A DNA stretch of 63,766 nt, counting the filler, from Basidioascus undulatus (Eukaryota): NCBI GenBank assembly GCA_000826855.1. It is 7 parts of 7 records of this genome, joined end to end, with 100 filler letters (N's around TTAATTAATTAA, not from the genome) between each part and the next. Parts side by side here need not be neighbours in the genome. Positions count along the whole stretch, not along the records: positions 45,438 to 51,494 come from JTLS01001815.1; positions 51,595 to 57,615 come from JTLS01001816.1; positions 57,716 to 63,766 come from JTLS01001817.1; 4 more parts are not named here. One strand, 5' to 3'. The translations under genes and the position numbers were made by a program. This document shows, in pieces, positions 50,147 to 62,610 of the stretch. Position 1 is the first letter of the stretch, and each line of letters opens with the position of its first letter. The notes beneath the pieces were generated by a model. That model was not told the origin of the DNA, did not search any database, and was given only the letters and a program-made list of their open reading frames with translations.

Positions 50147-50782
50147 CTGTGGGGGTGGAGGGTGGAGGAGGGGGTGAGAGGGGAGGAGGAGAGAGGGAGG
50201 GGAGGATGGAGGCCATTGGGTGAGTCTGATGGGATGTAGGCAGATGGAGAGCTTGGACGCGTCTACGTGGGCCAGGCAGCGAGTGTGGGGTAATCCGCGG
50301 GCGGGCCGGTAGTGGTTCACAGTCGCAACGTTCAACAACGTTTGGCAACGCAAAGTCTTGTATGCAACGGCGGTGAGTCTGAAGTACTAGATGTAACTAT
50401 TGAAACCCACATTTGCATGGGGTCTTTAAGTTCGAGTTGGGAAGCGAGTTGGGCGTGTGTGGGGGAATGCACAGGCAACTGAGTCCTTCGACAGAGCCGT
50501 TGCTTTCAATCCGCCGCCGTGCATCGCTTGCAACGATTCGCAGACATGGAATCTTCTCGCTTGCTTCTCGAACAGTACAGAGAAGGTCGGACAAATAGTA
50601 TCCAGGGTCTGCTTCGACTGAGTGTTGGTCCAGCCCGTGACATTCCTACACATCGACGGCAGCGCTGAATCAGCTGCAGCCTGCAGCTCTCGCTACGCGG
50701 CCCTTCCCCATCAAACCCAAATCGAGCGCTCACTCATCACCCACAGGAAGAGATCCAGCTAATTCAGCATCGCATCCATAGG

Positions 50783-51494
50783 TCAAGCAGCCGCGTGTGC
50801 CTGCGCCTGCGCCTCCCCTCCCACAGCCTCAGCTTCAGCCTCAGCCTTCCCCGTCCGCGCCTCCTCCTCCTTCTTGCGCTCCTCCACCTCCTTGATCTGC
50901 CGCCCCAGCTCGTCCTTCCACACGGTCATAAAGCCGGTCGCGGCACCGCCGAGCGCGCCGAGGGCTAGAGCGCGGGCGAAGAGGGGTGGGGGAAAACGAT
51001 CTGCGGGGTGGACGTTAGGGTAGCTCGTTAGGCTGGGGAGATTTGGGAGGAGTGTGGAGGAACGAGAGAGATAAAAACGCACTCCACGCGCCCACAACGC
51101 CCGCAAGCGTCGCGCCCGCCACGAGCCCATCCGCCGTCTTCCCCCTCCCCTCCCAACCCTCCTCATCCCAACCCCACCCAGCCCTCCTGCGCACCCCCTC
51201 GCACCCCCTCTCCCCCGCAACCCACACCACCGCGCACCCGCCGACCTTCCCCGCCCACTTGACGCCCTCCCGAAACGCGCCAAGGATGACGCGGTAGTTC
51301 TTGGTCTTGGTGTAGAAGTACCAGCCCTGGACGGTCGTGGGCGGCCGGTGCGCGTTCTCGGCGAGGAAGCGGAGGGAGGCGCGGCGGGAGCCCCGGATCG
51401 CGCCGAGGGAGAAGCCGAGGAGGGTTGAGGAGAGCAGGAGCGGCAGGGAGGGCAAGAGCGGGGAGGGGATGCGGATCTGCCGCGGGGCGGATGG
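50783..51494 (-). CDS. Conserved fungal membrane protein (Tim17-like Gly-rich TM pattern); 5' truncated by gap
   Basis: RFLAENAHRPPTTVQGWYFYTKTKNYRV motif plus GxxxG-rich helices; one intron. Confidence 0.7.
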
Positions 51495-51594
51495 NNNNNN
51501 NNNNNNNNNNNNNNNNNNNNNNNNNNNNNNNNNNNNNNTTAATTAATTAANNNNNNNNNNNNNNNNNNNNNNNNNNNNNNNNNNNNNNNNNNNN
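51495..51594. other. Artificial contig linker
   Basis: N44-TTAATTAATTAA-N44. Confidence 0.98.
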
Positions 51595-52687
51595 GCGAGG
51601 GAGGGAGAGGGGGGACGGGAAGGCTGGAGAGGGGAAACGGGAGGAAGATAGGGAGGAGAAAGGGAGTCGGCGAGGGGCTGCAGAGTTGGTGAAATAGACG
51701 GTTTGGGATGTGCTCGTTCGGTGCGGGTAGATGCGTGGTCTGTGGTGGTGGCTGTGGTGAACGGCAGTATCGACGTGGTCCTTGAACACCCACCACTGAC
51801 GCCAGCCGGGTCGCGTCTAGTTCCTCATCTGAAAGATTGATCTCTTCTAATACAGCAAGTCTTCCCCTTAGCACCGATCTTCTCCTACCCACAGCGCTGG
51901 CCGTCCTGGTTGGTGGGCCTTGTGGATCCGCTGCTCGCGGCGCTCGGGAACTCGGACCTTCCTCGCAACCTCGACTCGCTGTCATGTTACATCAGGACGC
52001 CCACGTCCATTTCCACAAACCTCAAAAAAGGCGCTTCGCGGTTCTCTGCTGAACAGAATTTCACCCTCGTTGGGCGTAAGAGAGCTGCTCTATCTTCAAC
52101 TCTTTCGCCTGCACAATGTCCTGAGGAATGTCTGGGGGATGTCCTACTGCTCTCGGATACGTGTGTGACCCGAGAACGAAAATACATATTGACGCTTTGA
52201 TAGATTGAGGACATATCGCTATACCCCGCTTTCAGAACCTTTTGAGGCAACAACCATCGCCGCCGGCTGGCCCGTTTTCTTGTCCTTGCCCTGGTTGCGA
52301 ACAGTATCGTAGACCTGCTTGCCAGCTGCGAGAAATGCAGCGAGTTATAGCTATCAGAAACTGCAGTTTTCTTCCACCACGGAAACGATGTTCAGTGTGA
52401 ATCTGTAATGGCAGACGTGTGCCGTAGAGGAGCGCTCTGGCCTCTGCAACAAGCCTTGACGTTGCTGAACTTTTTTGTACTCTACTATATGCGATTTCTT
52501 GTCTGACAAATGCATGCCGGATAGCTGACTTGGCGCGTTGGTGGTATTATTATTGCAGATGGACAACGCGTGATTCTACATGCCAGGCAAACGATTGACC
52601 TCGATGTGAAGCGTGAATCCAAAATGGCCACACGTGTCTACATCACACGTGTCTACATCTTCGACTGTACATGATCCCCGATGCAAC

Positions 52688-53600
52688 TCAATCAAGGCCC
52701 AAAGGGGACATAAGGTACTGCGTCTTGCCGTAGTCGCTCAGGCGCGCCGCCAAGTCCCGGCCGATGATGGCAGTACGCTCGGCCTCCCGCTCAGCAAGCA
52801 TGTACTCCGACCTGACGTGCTCCAGTCCTTGAATCGGGAGCAGTGTGCGGAGCATGTCTGTGGCGCCCGCGTGGGCGGACGTAGGGTCTCCGAGACGGGC
52901 GTGCGGAGGGCGCTGGCGCCTGAGAAGGAACGCGAGCGCGATGAGGGACTCGACGAGGGCGTCAAGCTGCTGGGCGGCCTGGGCGCGGGCGGTCGTCGCG
53001 GTGGACTCGAGGGAGGAAATCCGAGCTCGGAGAAGGGGGAATACCTCATGGGTGCCCACTTTTAGATAAGTGGGAGCCCCGACGCGACGCAGCGCCCTTA
53101 TAGGCTTGAACCCCATCTGGGAGAGCATTAGGAAGACCGGATAGCATCGGGGGTCGAACAGGCTGGGTGCCTTCTTGAGCACTTGGAAGTGGAAAGAATC
53201 ATTGCGTTACCACGCTCAAGTGTAGCACCGAGAAAGTACCACAGCCGCACACTCACCTTGCTCCGCCTTCACCCACCCGTCCAGACCCTCTGCCCACTTC
53301 TGCAACGCACACATGCTCCGCTGAATCTCATTAGCGTAGGCCGTATGCCCGGCTGGGAGACGCTGTGGGTCCAGAGCCACTGCACCCGGAAGGCGGCGTC
53401 CGATACAAGAGCCCAGTCGAGCTTGTCCGCGACCGCAGACTGCTCGTCGTGCGTGCTCGGTCGGTCGTCCCACGCCGATGGAATGGATGGTGCTTTGAGC
53501 AGTGGACTGTGGGCATGTCGGATGGACTGAGCGGGCGGGGGCGGGGGCGATGCGGCGGATGGGTGTGAGGGGGATGTGACGGAATGTAACGGTGCTTGAG
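52688..53600 (-). CDS. Hypothetical protein with an apparent frameshift near 53350 (start uncertain)
   Basis: Protein-like frames (VADKLDWALV..QWLWTHSVSQP / HTAYANEIQRSMCALQKW) and a 164-aa terminal exon. Confidence 0.45.
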
Positions 53601-56600
53601 AGCAAGAAGAGGGAAAGGAAGCAACACACCAGTCTCGGATACATGTAGAGTTCAAAACGACTCGGCGTGGTGTGATGGGCTCGTGGTGGTTGCCAGTCAG
53701 AAACCGAACAGTCAGACTGCGACAGTCTGCGTGTCAGACGCGAAGTCAAGATCCGCACACCGGTGGGCTTGCACGACCGCCTCAAACACAGAAAGGTCAA
53801 AGGTTGACTGGTTGTTGCTATCTTTTGGCTCTTTAAAGGTCATAAGACGCCTATGAGGAACGTTGCATTGAGCACGACAGCTGCAGAGGACTGCGCTGTC
53901 CAAGCGGGAACATACCTAACAGCCGTCAAATCAGTAGAGCCAGCATAGACTAACAAATGAAAATTTAATTCACCGCAGCGGTTCCGTCCATTCCAAAGTG
54001 TGCCAGCTTCTTGCCACGTTCCACTTCCATGTTGTGCACATGTCGCCCCGTTCCTCCGTCGTCAGACCTCGAAGAGCAAGGCGGTACGGCACAGCACGTA
54101 AACACAAGCGGAGGCACTGCAGTTGTGTCTCAATCTCTCCAAAAGATAGGCCACAACCCCGTAAACGCCCCCGAAAATATATGGACGGACAGACAAGCTC
54201 ACCCGAGCCGGCAGACCTGACAGTCGCCGGCGTCGACGGGGTTCCCAAATAGATCAGCTTTTCTTGAGTCTTTTTTTCTCTCAAAGCATCTTAAAGCCTT
54301 ACCCATTGCTGTATTCTGGTATGGCGTCATCCCAACATTGCATGTGGGGGCGAAAAATCGAGCATGTCCTGATTCGGTCTTGCAGTGCAGGAGATGGGGA
54401 GGCGAGCTACTTCAACATGACAGCGTGCGCCAGTCCGGTAAGACCACGCTTATACAAGGTGGCCTATGAATTACTTCATAAAACTTGCCGGCTCAGGCTG
54501 ATGTGCACGATAGGACCAGAGGCAGTTATAGAGGAAGAAGACCCATGCTGTAGTAGGACAGAGCGAGGTGGGGCGAGGGAGGTTTGCGTGAGCAAAGGAG
54601 CAAGTGGTTTTAAAGACGGATAAGGACGTTAAGGTAAATCGAAACAAAGAGCTGCCAAAACTGGGAACATGCGGCTTACAAGTTGCGATGAAAAATGGCA
54701 GGCCAAGCAAGGCACTGAAGCCGCGCTTCCGACGCGCCTTCCAGCGTGAATCTCCCCTTCAGCTTGACTCTCGACCACGACCATCGTTTCGCTTGACCGT
54801 CTTTTTCAGTCGTGACATCCTCTGACCAAGTCGTCCTCCACCTCTCAATGCTCAACTCTTTCCGGACTCTCAGTACCTTTCGAACGTCGCACAATGCTAC
54901 TGCCCTCGACGCGCCTCTCTGGCGCGTCGTCAGGCGGACATTCACCGCCCTCAACCTCCCATCTCGAGCGCTCCAACAATCCATTCAAAAGTTGGGTTAA
55001 CATCCAGGGACTTCCGTGCGACACGCCTGAGGACCGAGCACGCGCGGGTAAGCTTTGGGGATTGCACATGGTGAGACCTCGGTCGTAGACACGAAGGGCT
55101 TGCTCATCAAACACGGCCTCTGCTCGTGTCACTAAACAGAGAATTGCATCCACTGAGAAGTTGGCAAAATATTTCTGCTTGCCAATGACAGTGATGCAAA
55201 GAGGGAGCAGGCCGAGAAAGAGGTGAGCCTTCTTACTCTTCTTTAATCCTCACCGTAGCGAGGAACAGCATCAAACTCATCTCGCGTTGGCAGTGAAATA
55301 GCTGGAAGGTCTCGCGCGTCTCAGCAGGCCGTAGGAAAGTCGGGCACGACTCTTCCGAGGACATGCACTACGGCGCACAGCGCGACACCCTCGTCGCGCT
55401 GGCATCGTACCTGCACATGAACCCGAACTCCGCCGCTACCGGCTGGGCCTTTCGCGCTGGTGCGCTCAAGAGCTGCTGCATGTTCTCGAGCACGTGGATC
55501 GGCAAGGTTGTCTGGGTCTGGGCCAATCGGTACGACTGTGCTGCTGCTCTCTGCACCTGGCCAGCTTTGCCGGAAGTCACACATTCCTCCATCGTCCTGT
55601 CACACAGAACGGCAAGATTCGCAAAAGGTTCCCCCGTTTTTTCCTCCAAGTGGGTCCGAGACGTCTCCCTGCTATTCCCTGAAGAGTACAGCGATCTCTA
55701 AACCAATGCATTGACTGCTGTTTGCCCGCACATGTGTTCCAGGATCCAACAGCCTGGCTTGCCGAGCGTGGGTGGGAGCTGCGGGGCTGGAAGTCTGAAT
55801 GGTCGGGACCCTTGCCGAAGATTTGCCGATGGGTGTGCTGCAGGATTTTGCGCTCGAACTGGTGGAGGGCCGTATTCGAGTTGTTCAGAGCAGCAGGAGC
55901 TACAAGAATAATCTATCAATGGCATTAAATGTTTTGCCGCGTCATGACTTCTGCGTGAGCCATCCTACAGTGGAAGGTCGAAGGTAGCACTGCTGGCATG
56001 ACGCCTAAGGGTCGTGTGGACCTGAGCATGTTCAGCATTTCGAGGTCAAATTGTGTTGCTTCAGTCGAGAAGCGTACCGAAACAGTGAGTTGAGATTGTC
56101 AGCGTTTCATATGCTGAGCTCGGTTATGATGTTCGGCGCTCTCCTCGAGGCTAATGCTCAAAACGCGGGTCTATCAGCAGAGTAATTCACTTAGTCATCC
56201 TATCTTTATCCCTCTTCACATTGTCGCCCGTCGACGCAAGGACCCTCTTGAGCACTGCAAGCGGCACGCCCACATCTGGCAACGTGCGCGAGACTTTCGT
56301 TCTCTCCAAGCCCATTACCCATATCCCGCTCGCGGCTATCCATATCGGATGACTCTAGGAGAGACTCCCGTTTCCCGACCGATGTATGGTGAGCGGGAAG
56401 CGTATGGACAAACGAGATAGTCCTTGGATGGGGGCGCAACGGCCGAAGCAATCTTGGTGACCAGCGGCGACACGTGCGTGTAGAGATGAATAATAGGGCT
56501 GTCATGAAATGGGACGCGGTGCGAGGCCAAAGGTAAGCAGAGGGTAGTGGGGTAGATAGGAGAGGAAGGCGGCTTGAGCCAGCAAACGCCACAGCCACGG

Positions 56601-56696
56601 ACGTCAACCAGCCAAGCAGTTCACGATCCTGTATTGTCCTGTATCGATTCATGCACCACCCTCCAACACTACGTCTTCCTCGAAAGAAAGGCAGCC

Positions 56697-57615
56697 TCAG
56701 AACTTCTCCTTGGCGGGCCTGCACACGTCCCATCCCGTCCCGGATGTAGTCAGCTTTCGGGGACCGAGGGGAAGAGACGTTTCGAGCGGAACGAAATGGC
56801 ATGCACCGGATGTCCACCTCCTGAGCCCACGCGCTCGGGTCCTGCTCGTGGATCTGGACGTAGAGCTGTTCCCGCCCCATCCAGCTGCACGTCAGCATCT
56901 GACTCCCAATTTATCTCCACCCCGCATCCACCAACCGAAAACGCAGGATAGACAAGGAGAGGCGGGACCCACCTTCCCGATCGCGTCCGGCTCAAGGCGC
57001 GAGCCCGGTTCGAACTTGTCCCCGAGCAGGCGGCGCGTGCGTTCGGTGTCGATGATGCCTTTTCTCGCGAGACCCGTGAGTGAATGCGATTGGGGGAAGG
57101 GGAGGGAGGGGGAAACGGACCGTCGATCACGACGTGGGCGACGTGGATGCCGTGCGGGTGGAATTCACGCGCGAGGGTCTGTGGGGGTGAGTTTGAGTCG
57201 AACTTCGCATGGAAAGAGAGAAAGGGGTAGGAAGAAGAAAGAAGCACCTGTGACAGCGCGCGCAGCCCGAACTTCGCAGGAGCAAACGTGTGGAATCCCG
57301 CGCCGCCGCGGACGGAGGCCTGTGTGCGCACGGAGAAAGACTGAATGGAGCTCGCGGGAAGGAAAGGGGGAAAGAAGAGGACGCACCGTCGCCCCGCTGA
57401 AGATGAGCGTCCCTCCACCCTGGTGCGCCTGCATGGCACGGATCACGCTCTGCGCGAACTGGAACGCGCCCACCCTTCCTCCTCCCACTCGATCAGCCGG
57501 GGGTGAAATAAAATCCAACAAAAACCGGAAGCGCCAACAAAGCACTCACACCTCTCCCTCGAGCCCCTGCCTGAGCTGCTCGACGCTCGTCTCAAACAGC
57601 CCGCCCCTCCTGAAC
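56697..57615 (-). CDS. Short-chain dehydrogenase/reductase; 5' truncated by gap
   Basis: GTLIFSGAT|ASVRGG..FAPAKFGLRALSQ|TLAREFHPHGIHVAHVVIDG|IIDT; AWAQEVDIRPAKEKF stop. Confidence 0.9.
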
Positions 57616-57715
57616 NNNNNNNNNNNNNNNNNNNNNNNNNNNNNNNNNNNNNNNNNNNNTTAATTAATTAANNNNNNNNNNNNNNNNNNNNNNNNNNNNN
57701 NNNNNNNNNNNNNNN
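57616..57715. other. Artificial contig linker
   Basis: N44-TTAATTAATTAA-N44. Confidence 0.98.
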
Positions 57716-58520
57716 GGGCAAAGAGTGCAGGAGCAAAGAGTAGGAAGGTGAAAGGGGGTAATGGGAAAAGTGGAAGAGCTGGGAGTGAAAGGGAAGGGGA
57801 AGAGAAGGAGGAGAGGAGGAAGGAGATAAAGTAAGACGAACCGTATCGTTCCACCTCGCCTGGGCATTCCTATCATGGCCCTGCCCCATCCCCGCCCCTG
57901 CGCCCATCCCAGGCTTCCCCGTCCCATGCGCCCCAAACGGCGCGCTGCGCCTCCCCGCGCTCGCCCGCCCCGAATGGTTCCAGGCGTACGTTGCGCGTGC
58001 TCTCCGGCTCGCGTTGCTGAAGGGGTCGTGCCATGTGGATTGGTGCACGCCCCCGGCGTGGCGCCCGTGCGTTGCGGAGGAGGATGAGGGGGAGGGCGTG
58101 AGGGAACGGTCGTACGAGCGGCGGGAGGGCGGGTCGCCGAGGATCGCGTAGCTGTGAGTCAAGGGAGTGGTTAGAGGAAAGGGGATGGAGAGGAAGGGGA
58201 GGGGGGAGGGAGGCACGCTTCCGTTAGCTGCTGGAACTTGTGCTTTGCGGACTCGTCTGAGCGGTTCAGGTCGGGATGATATTTCTTTGAGAGCTGCCCA
58301 CTCCTCCCCTATTCAACCCGCTTCCTTCTGCTGTCCATCCTCCTCCTCTTAAACGCCAACGAACCTTGTAGAACGCCGACTTGACCTGCTGCGGCGTTGC
58401 GCTCGGCGGGAGGCCGAGCGTATCGTAGTGCGTCTCTCGCGCCGTCCGGGCGGGGGTCGCATGGAATGACCTGTGCGCCCCTGGGATCTGCAGGGCGGCT
58501 CGAAGCGGTCGGAGGAGCAT
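57716..58520 (-). CDS. DnaJ-domain protein with mitochondrial-type presequence; 3' truncated by gap
   Basis: [45 protein letters not shown], including the HPD motif. Confidence 0.9.
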
Positions 58521-59746
58521 GGGGAAGTGGTACGAGAAGGAGGAGCAAGGAGGAAGACCAGGCGATGAGCGCACGACCATCGCAGGCGCTATCGGGGGAC
58601 GGGGTGAGGATGCCCGCGGATTCTGGCGGACGAGATGACGTCAGCTTTTGGACGAAGTGTATTCGAGCGACAGGGAGATGAAAAATTTGAGCTGAGAAAC
58701 ATGCCTGTGAGGCTGTATCCACGACCATGCAGATTGGTCTAAAGAAGTGCGTTGCCGCAGTTCTGAGCGTTGTCGGGAAACAAGACAAGACAAGACAAGA
58801 AGGATGTCCGGCCTCGGTGCTTGCCGTACTACTTGCAGTGTGTCCAGAGCGGAGAGCACTGATACCGATGGTAGCACTGCTCAGTACAAGTGGAAGTCGA
58901 GAAGATTTCACCCAAGAGGCGAAAGAGCACACTCTCTTCCTAGACGCTGTTGCGTCTTCACTTCAGAGATGAGATCCGTGACCAACATCAACTGCGACTT
59001 GCGTTGCAAGAGTCCCTGCCAAACCCGACACAGTCCTCCAGGCAGATAAGGCTCCGATGTACGTTATGTACGTTCCCCAACGACTACAGGCAAGACAATT
59101 TCAGACTCAATCTCCGGAGTGTAACAGAAAATAACGTGCACAGGCTTGCGACGGCATGTCACAGAATCTTTGGATTTGCAGTGCCTTGTACCGATTTCCA
59201 CAGTGTCAGGGCCGAGGCGTTTGGCACAGCAGGGAAAAGTAGATCGACAGTAATGGAATATTCACCGCTGGTACCCAAGAGGAGGAGTTTGGGGAGCTGC
59301 AGTCTCAAGGTTCAGTGCTGCCTGTTAAGCGAAGGAGGCTGTACGTGAACTGACTGCTACTGAATGTACAAATCGATAACCATAAAAGGCAGCAACTTCG
59401 CCGGATTTTAGGCTTCATTGCTTTTGGGTTTGGAGTCACTCACAGGTGATATAGGGATCCTCCTCCGCTATCCCCCTGGAACAGACTGCCACGCATGCCT
59501 TGCGCGGTAGCGGCCTGGCAAGCGTAAAGCCCTTGCAAGACCCTTTCGATGCGTATGTATGCCTGATACATAGAGGAAATTATTTACAGGCACAGTTGAC
59601 AGGCCCTCAAGATATGGCGTTACTCGGCAAATGCGGCCTGCCCTGAACGACCTTTGACCGCGTGCTCGCTTCCCTTTCAACTCCCATCTACTTCCATCCT
59701 TCAACTCAACAATGATTCTACCATCACACTCACTACAAATCTCGCT

Positions 59747-60892
59747 ATGTCTCGCTCACTTTCTACTTGCCGGTCGACGTGCTGTCCGGCATCCTGCAGT
59801 TACTCAGCGGCCACGACGGTGCGACTCGCACGCTCAAGGCATGCTGCTTGGTCTGGCGTTCCTGGAATGTAGCAGCAATTCATTGTGTGCGTCTATAGAA
59901 TGCTTGCTCGCACCTCGAGGCTTCTAAAATCACTTGCACGGCCTGTCTTGTATCGCTCGATCAAACTCATTTCGCCCGCCTCGATCGACTCGTTACTCGC
60001 CATTCTCATGGCTTTCGACATCGCTGGCCGCGTTGACGTGGCCAGAGTGTACTTCTCTCGTATCTCACGTCGGTCGAATCATACCGCTGTGGTCCTGTGA
60101 TGGGGCTGCGTGGGCTTGCAATACTGTCCCGTGGCTGCGCTTCGTCTCTGCGGTCACTCTCGATCACTTCCGGTACACCAGGCGGTACCACTCTCGGATC
60201 CGTGGCCAAATTCCGTTTACTGCCGGAACTTGACCTGGCGACTCACTACGGGGCAGAATTCATTGCGGCTCCAGTAGGACAGGTCGAAGGCTTTCATGCC
60301 CCATATACACACAGTTCACTGGTATGCGAAATCCCGGCTCATTCCGACATTCATCGATCTTCTCAGCCGCGCAAGCTTTCCTGCCATCGTCAGTATTCAC
60401 CTGCACCTCCCTAACCTCACAGACACCGTTGGCCTTCAGCCTTTCTTTATGGCCCACGGCAAGCTGGTCAGGCATTTGATCTTGGATTTGAACCGCAGCG
60501 CCTGAATCGGGGGCCTCCTGACCCTTTGCCGGCACTTGAATCCCTCGCTTTTCTGGATCGCGTCCCGTCCTCCTCAATGTTCAAGCAGGCTTCCACTCCC
60601 TCAAACTTGTCGAGCTCAGTATGCCGACATCCCAGTACGTGCGAGAACAGCTCGCTCGAACAGTGCAGGACATTCTTGCCATCGCTCCTTCATCTTTGGT
60701 GGGCATTCGGATCAGGGCGGACGGCGCCGCGTTTTCATGGAGTGCAGGTGGAATGACGGACGCAGACTCCACGGGCTTTTACCCTGGGCTCTCAGCCTCT
60801 CCTTCCAGCTTCCTGCCAAGGGCATTACGCTGTATGATTCCGATGGGGTTGGGCTGCGGGCCGTGAAGAAGGATCCGAGTGAAACTGCGTGA
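59747..60892 (+). pseudogene. F-box-like gene, apparently frameshifted or degenerate
   Basis: LPVDVLSGILQLL is out of frame with the ATG; LARTSRLLKSLARPVLYRSIKL follows; downstream frames are discontinuous. Confidence 0.5.
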
Positions 60893-61955
60893 CCGGTTTC
60901 GCGATGCTGTTTGCATGCGAATACTTCTCCGCCAACAGATGTAATCTTTGGGGGTTTTCAGTGCGTCAGACGTTGCATGTCCAGAGCGCCGTCAAGCGTC
61001 AAGTTCGCTTTGTATTCGATCCTGGCTTTCGAGCGTGTGCGTCGCCGCCGAGCCAAGCTGTCGTTCGAATCAGGTCGAGTTAAGCTCGGACAAGAGACGG
61101 AGACAAAAGGATTACTGAAACTTGAGCTCAAAAAAAAAGAAAAGCCCCTGGTGTACGTCCAAGGGCGAGGTCGGTGCCGACGGGGGGAGAGCTCGGTCGG
61201 TGTCGACACGGCTGCGTCGATGCAGTGCCGCGGGGGAGAGTTTCTTCCCTTTCAATCTCCAAGAACTACAGCAGATCTATTACCTCAAGTGCTCCTTGGA
61301 AAATCTTCTACTCCAGCTTGGCATGTAGACTTCGCTATTGTACGGGACGCAGCAGAGAATGGAGCCCACACTTCCTGGAGAAACGCCATGCCAGTCGCTT
61401 GACTCAAGTTAAAGGAACCCAGGACATTTGCATGTTCCAATGCGCTGCTCCCACTAGTTTCTGCGGATCTTCTCAAGTGTCTTGTGGCAGCACTTCACGC
61501 CGACGCTGCGTCGAGAAGCGGTTCACGGCTGCCAAGGAGAGTGTCTCGCGTCGTCACCTCTTTCTCGCGATGTCGGCCGGACTATCACCCGAAAAACGCT
61601 GGTCTTACAAAATTTCTATACGCACAACTTCAGATCACAATATTTAACTCAATGCATGAACTTGCCGTCTCGCAACGAGAAAAAAAGTGAAGACAGAAAG
61701 AAAGAGGCTGCGTGTGACGTCAGTGATATCTAACCAGGAGAACCAATCGGCCCGGATGGAGACGCTTGCCCCGCACACACAACCCTTACGCTCACATCCA
61801 CTCCTCCATAGCGCGACAGCGACCTCTGTATCTTGAAAATACGCATTTCGTACGTTTCTAAGATGCGTATTCGACGAGGCTGCAGAACTGAACACAGGGC
61901 AAATCAGGTAGACCACCCGCCGGAGAAGCCCAGTCCTGTCGCACACGCATCAACC

Positions 61956-62610
61956 AGTGCGTTCCTCCCCTATGTCTTCTCTCCGCGCCTGTAGATTCAC
62001 AACACCTCTGTGGTCTACAGTGTCCGAAGTCAAAGACGACGTTTTGCTCCTCACAATCTCGGACCCCGCGCCGGTGTACACGATATCGCAAGTGCTGGGC
62101 GCAGCATTCACCTCGACGGTGGAGGACCTGTCCCGCCCGTCGTCGCCCATCGCGCGCGACGCGCCCGCGTTCGGCATGTCCGCGCTCGACCTCAACAAGG
62201 ACACGCCCGAGCACGGCGCCGCAGAGGAGATCCGCAAGCGCTCCGAGCGCTACCGCGAGCTCGCGCTCGAGCGCCTCAAGGACGAGGCGCGCGAGCGCGG
62301 TGGGAATGGGGTTATTGGGGTTAAGGTCGAGTATTGCCCGAGCGCGGTGAGTTGAGTGTGAGAGGGCAATGGAGAGGGAGGGTGGGAGGCTGATGGGGCG
62401 TGGGAGGTTAGTACGACGGGAAGACGCAGCTATTTGAGTGGGTCGCCGTACGTCTTCTCTTGCTCTCTTACCCTCATTCCCCCACCCGCTTATCCATTCC
62501 GCCCGCCCACACAGTCCGGCACCGTCGTCGTGATGAAGCTTAAAGCGGTCTGTGCATCCCCGTCCTCCTCCCCGCCCTCCCCCTTCACGCAGCCGAACAT
62601 CCCCAACTGA
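61956..62610 (+). CDS. YbjQ/UPF0145-like (putative heavy-metal-binding) protein
   Basis: VLLLTISDP..YTISQVLG; RELALERLKDEARERGGNGVIGVKVEY; VA-SGTVV. ATG apparently split by the first intron. Confidence 0.7.

Noticed and set aside
50397..50594. ORF containing IVASDARR as the missing PUP3 N-terminus
   Set aside because: Lacks the YNGG motif and has no convincing splice path to the downstream exon.
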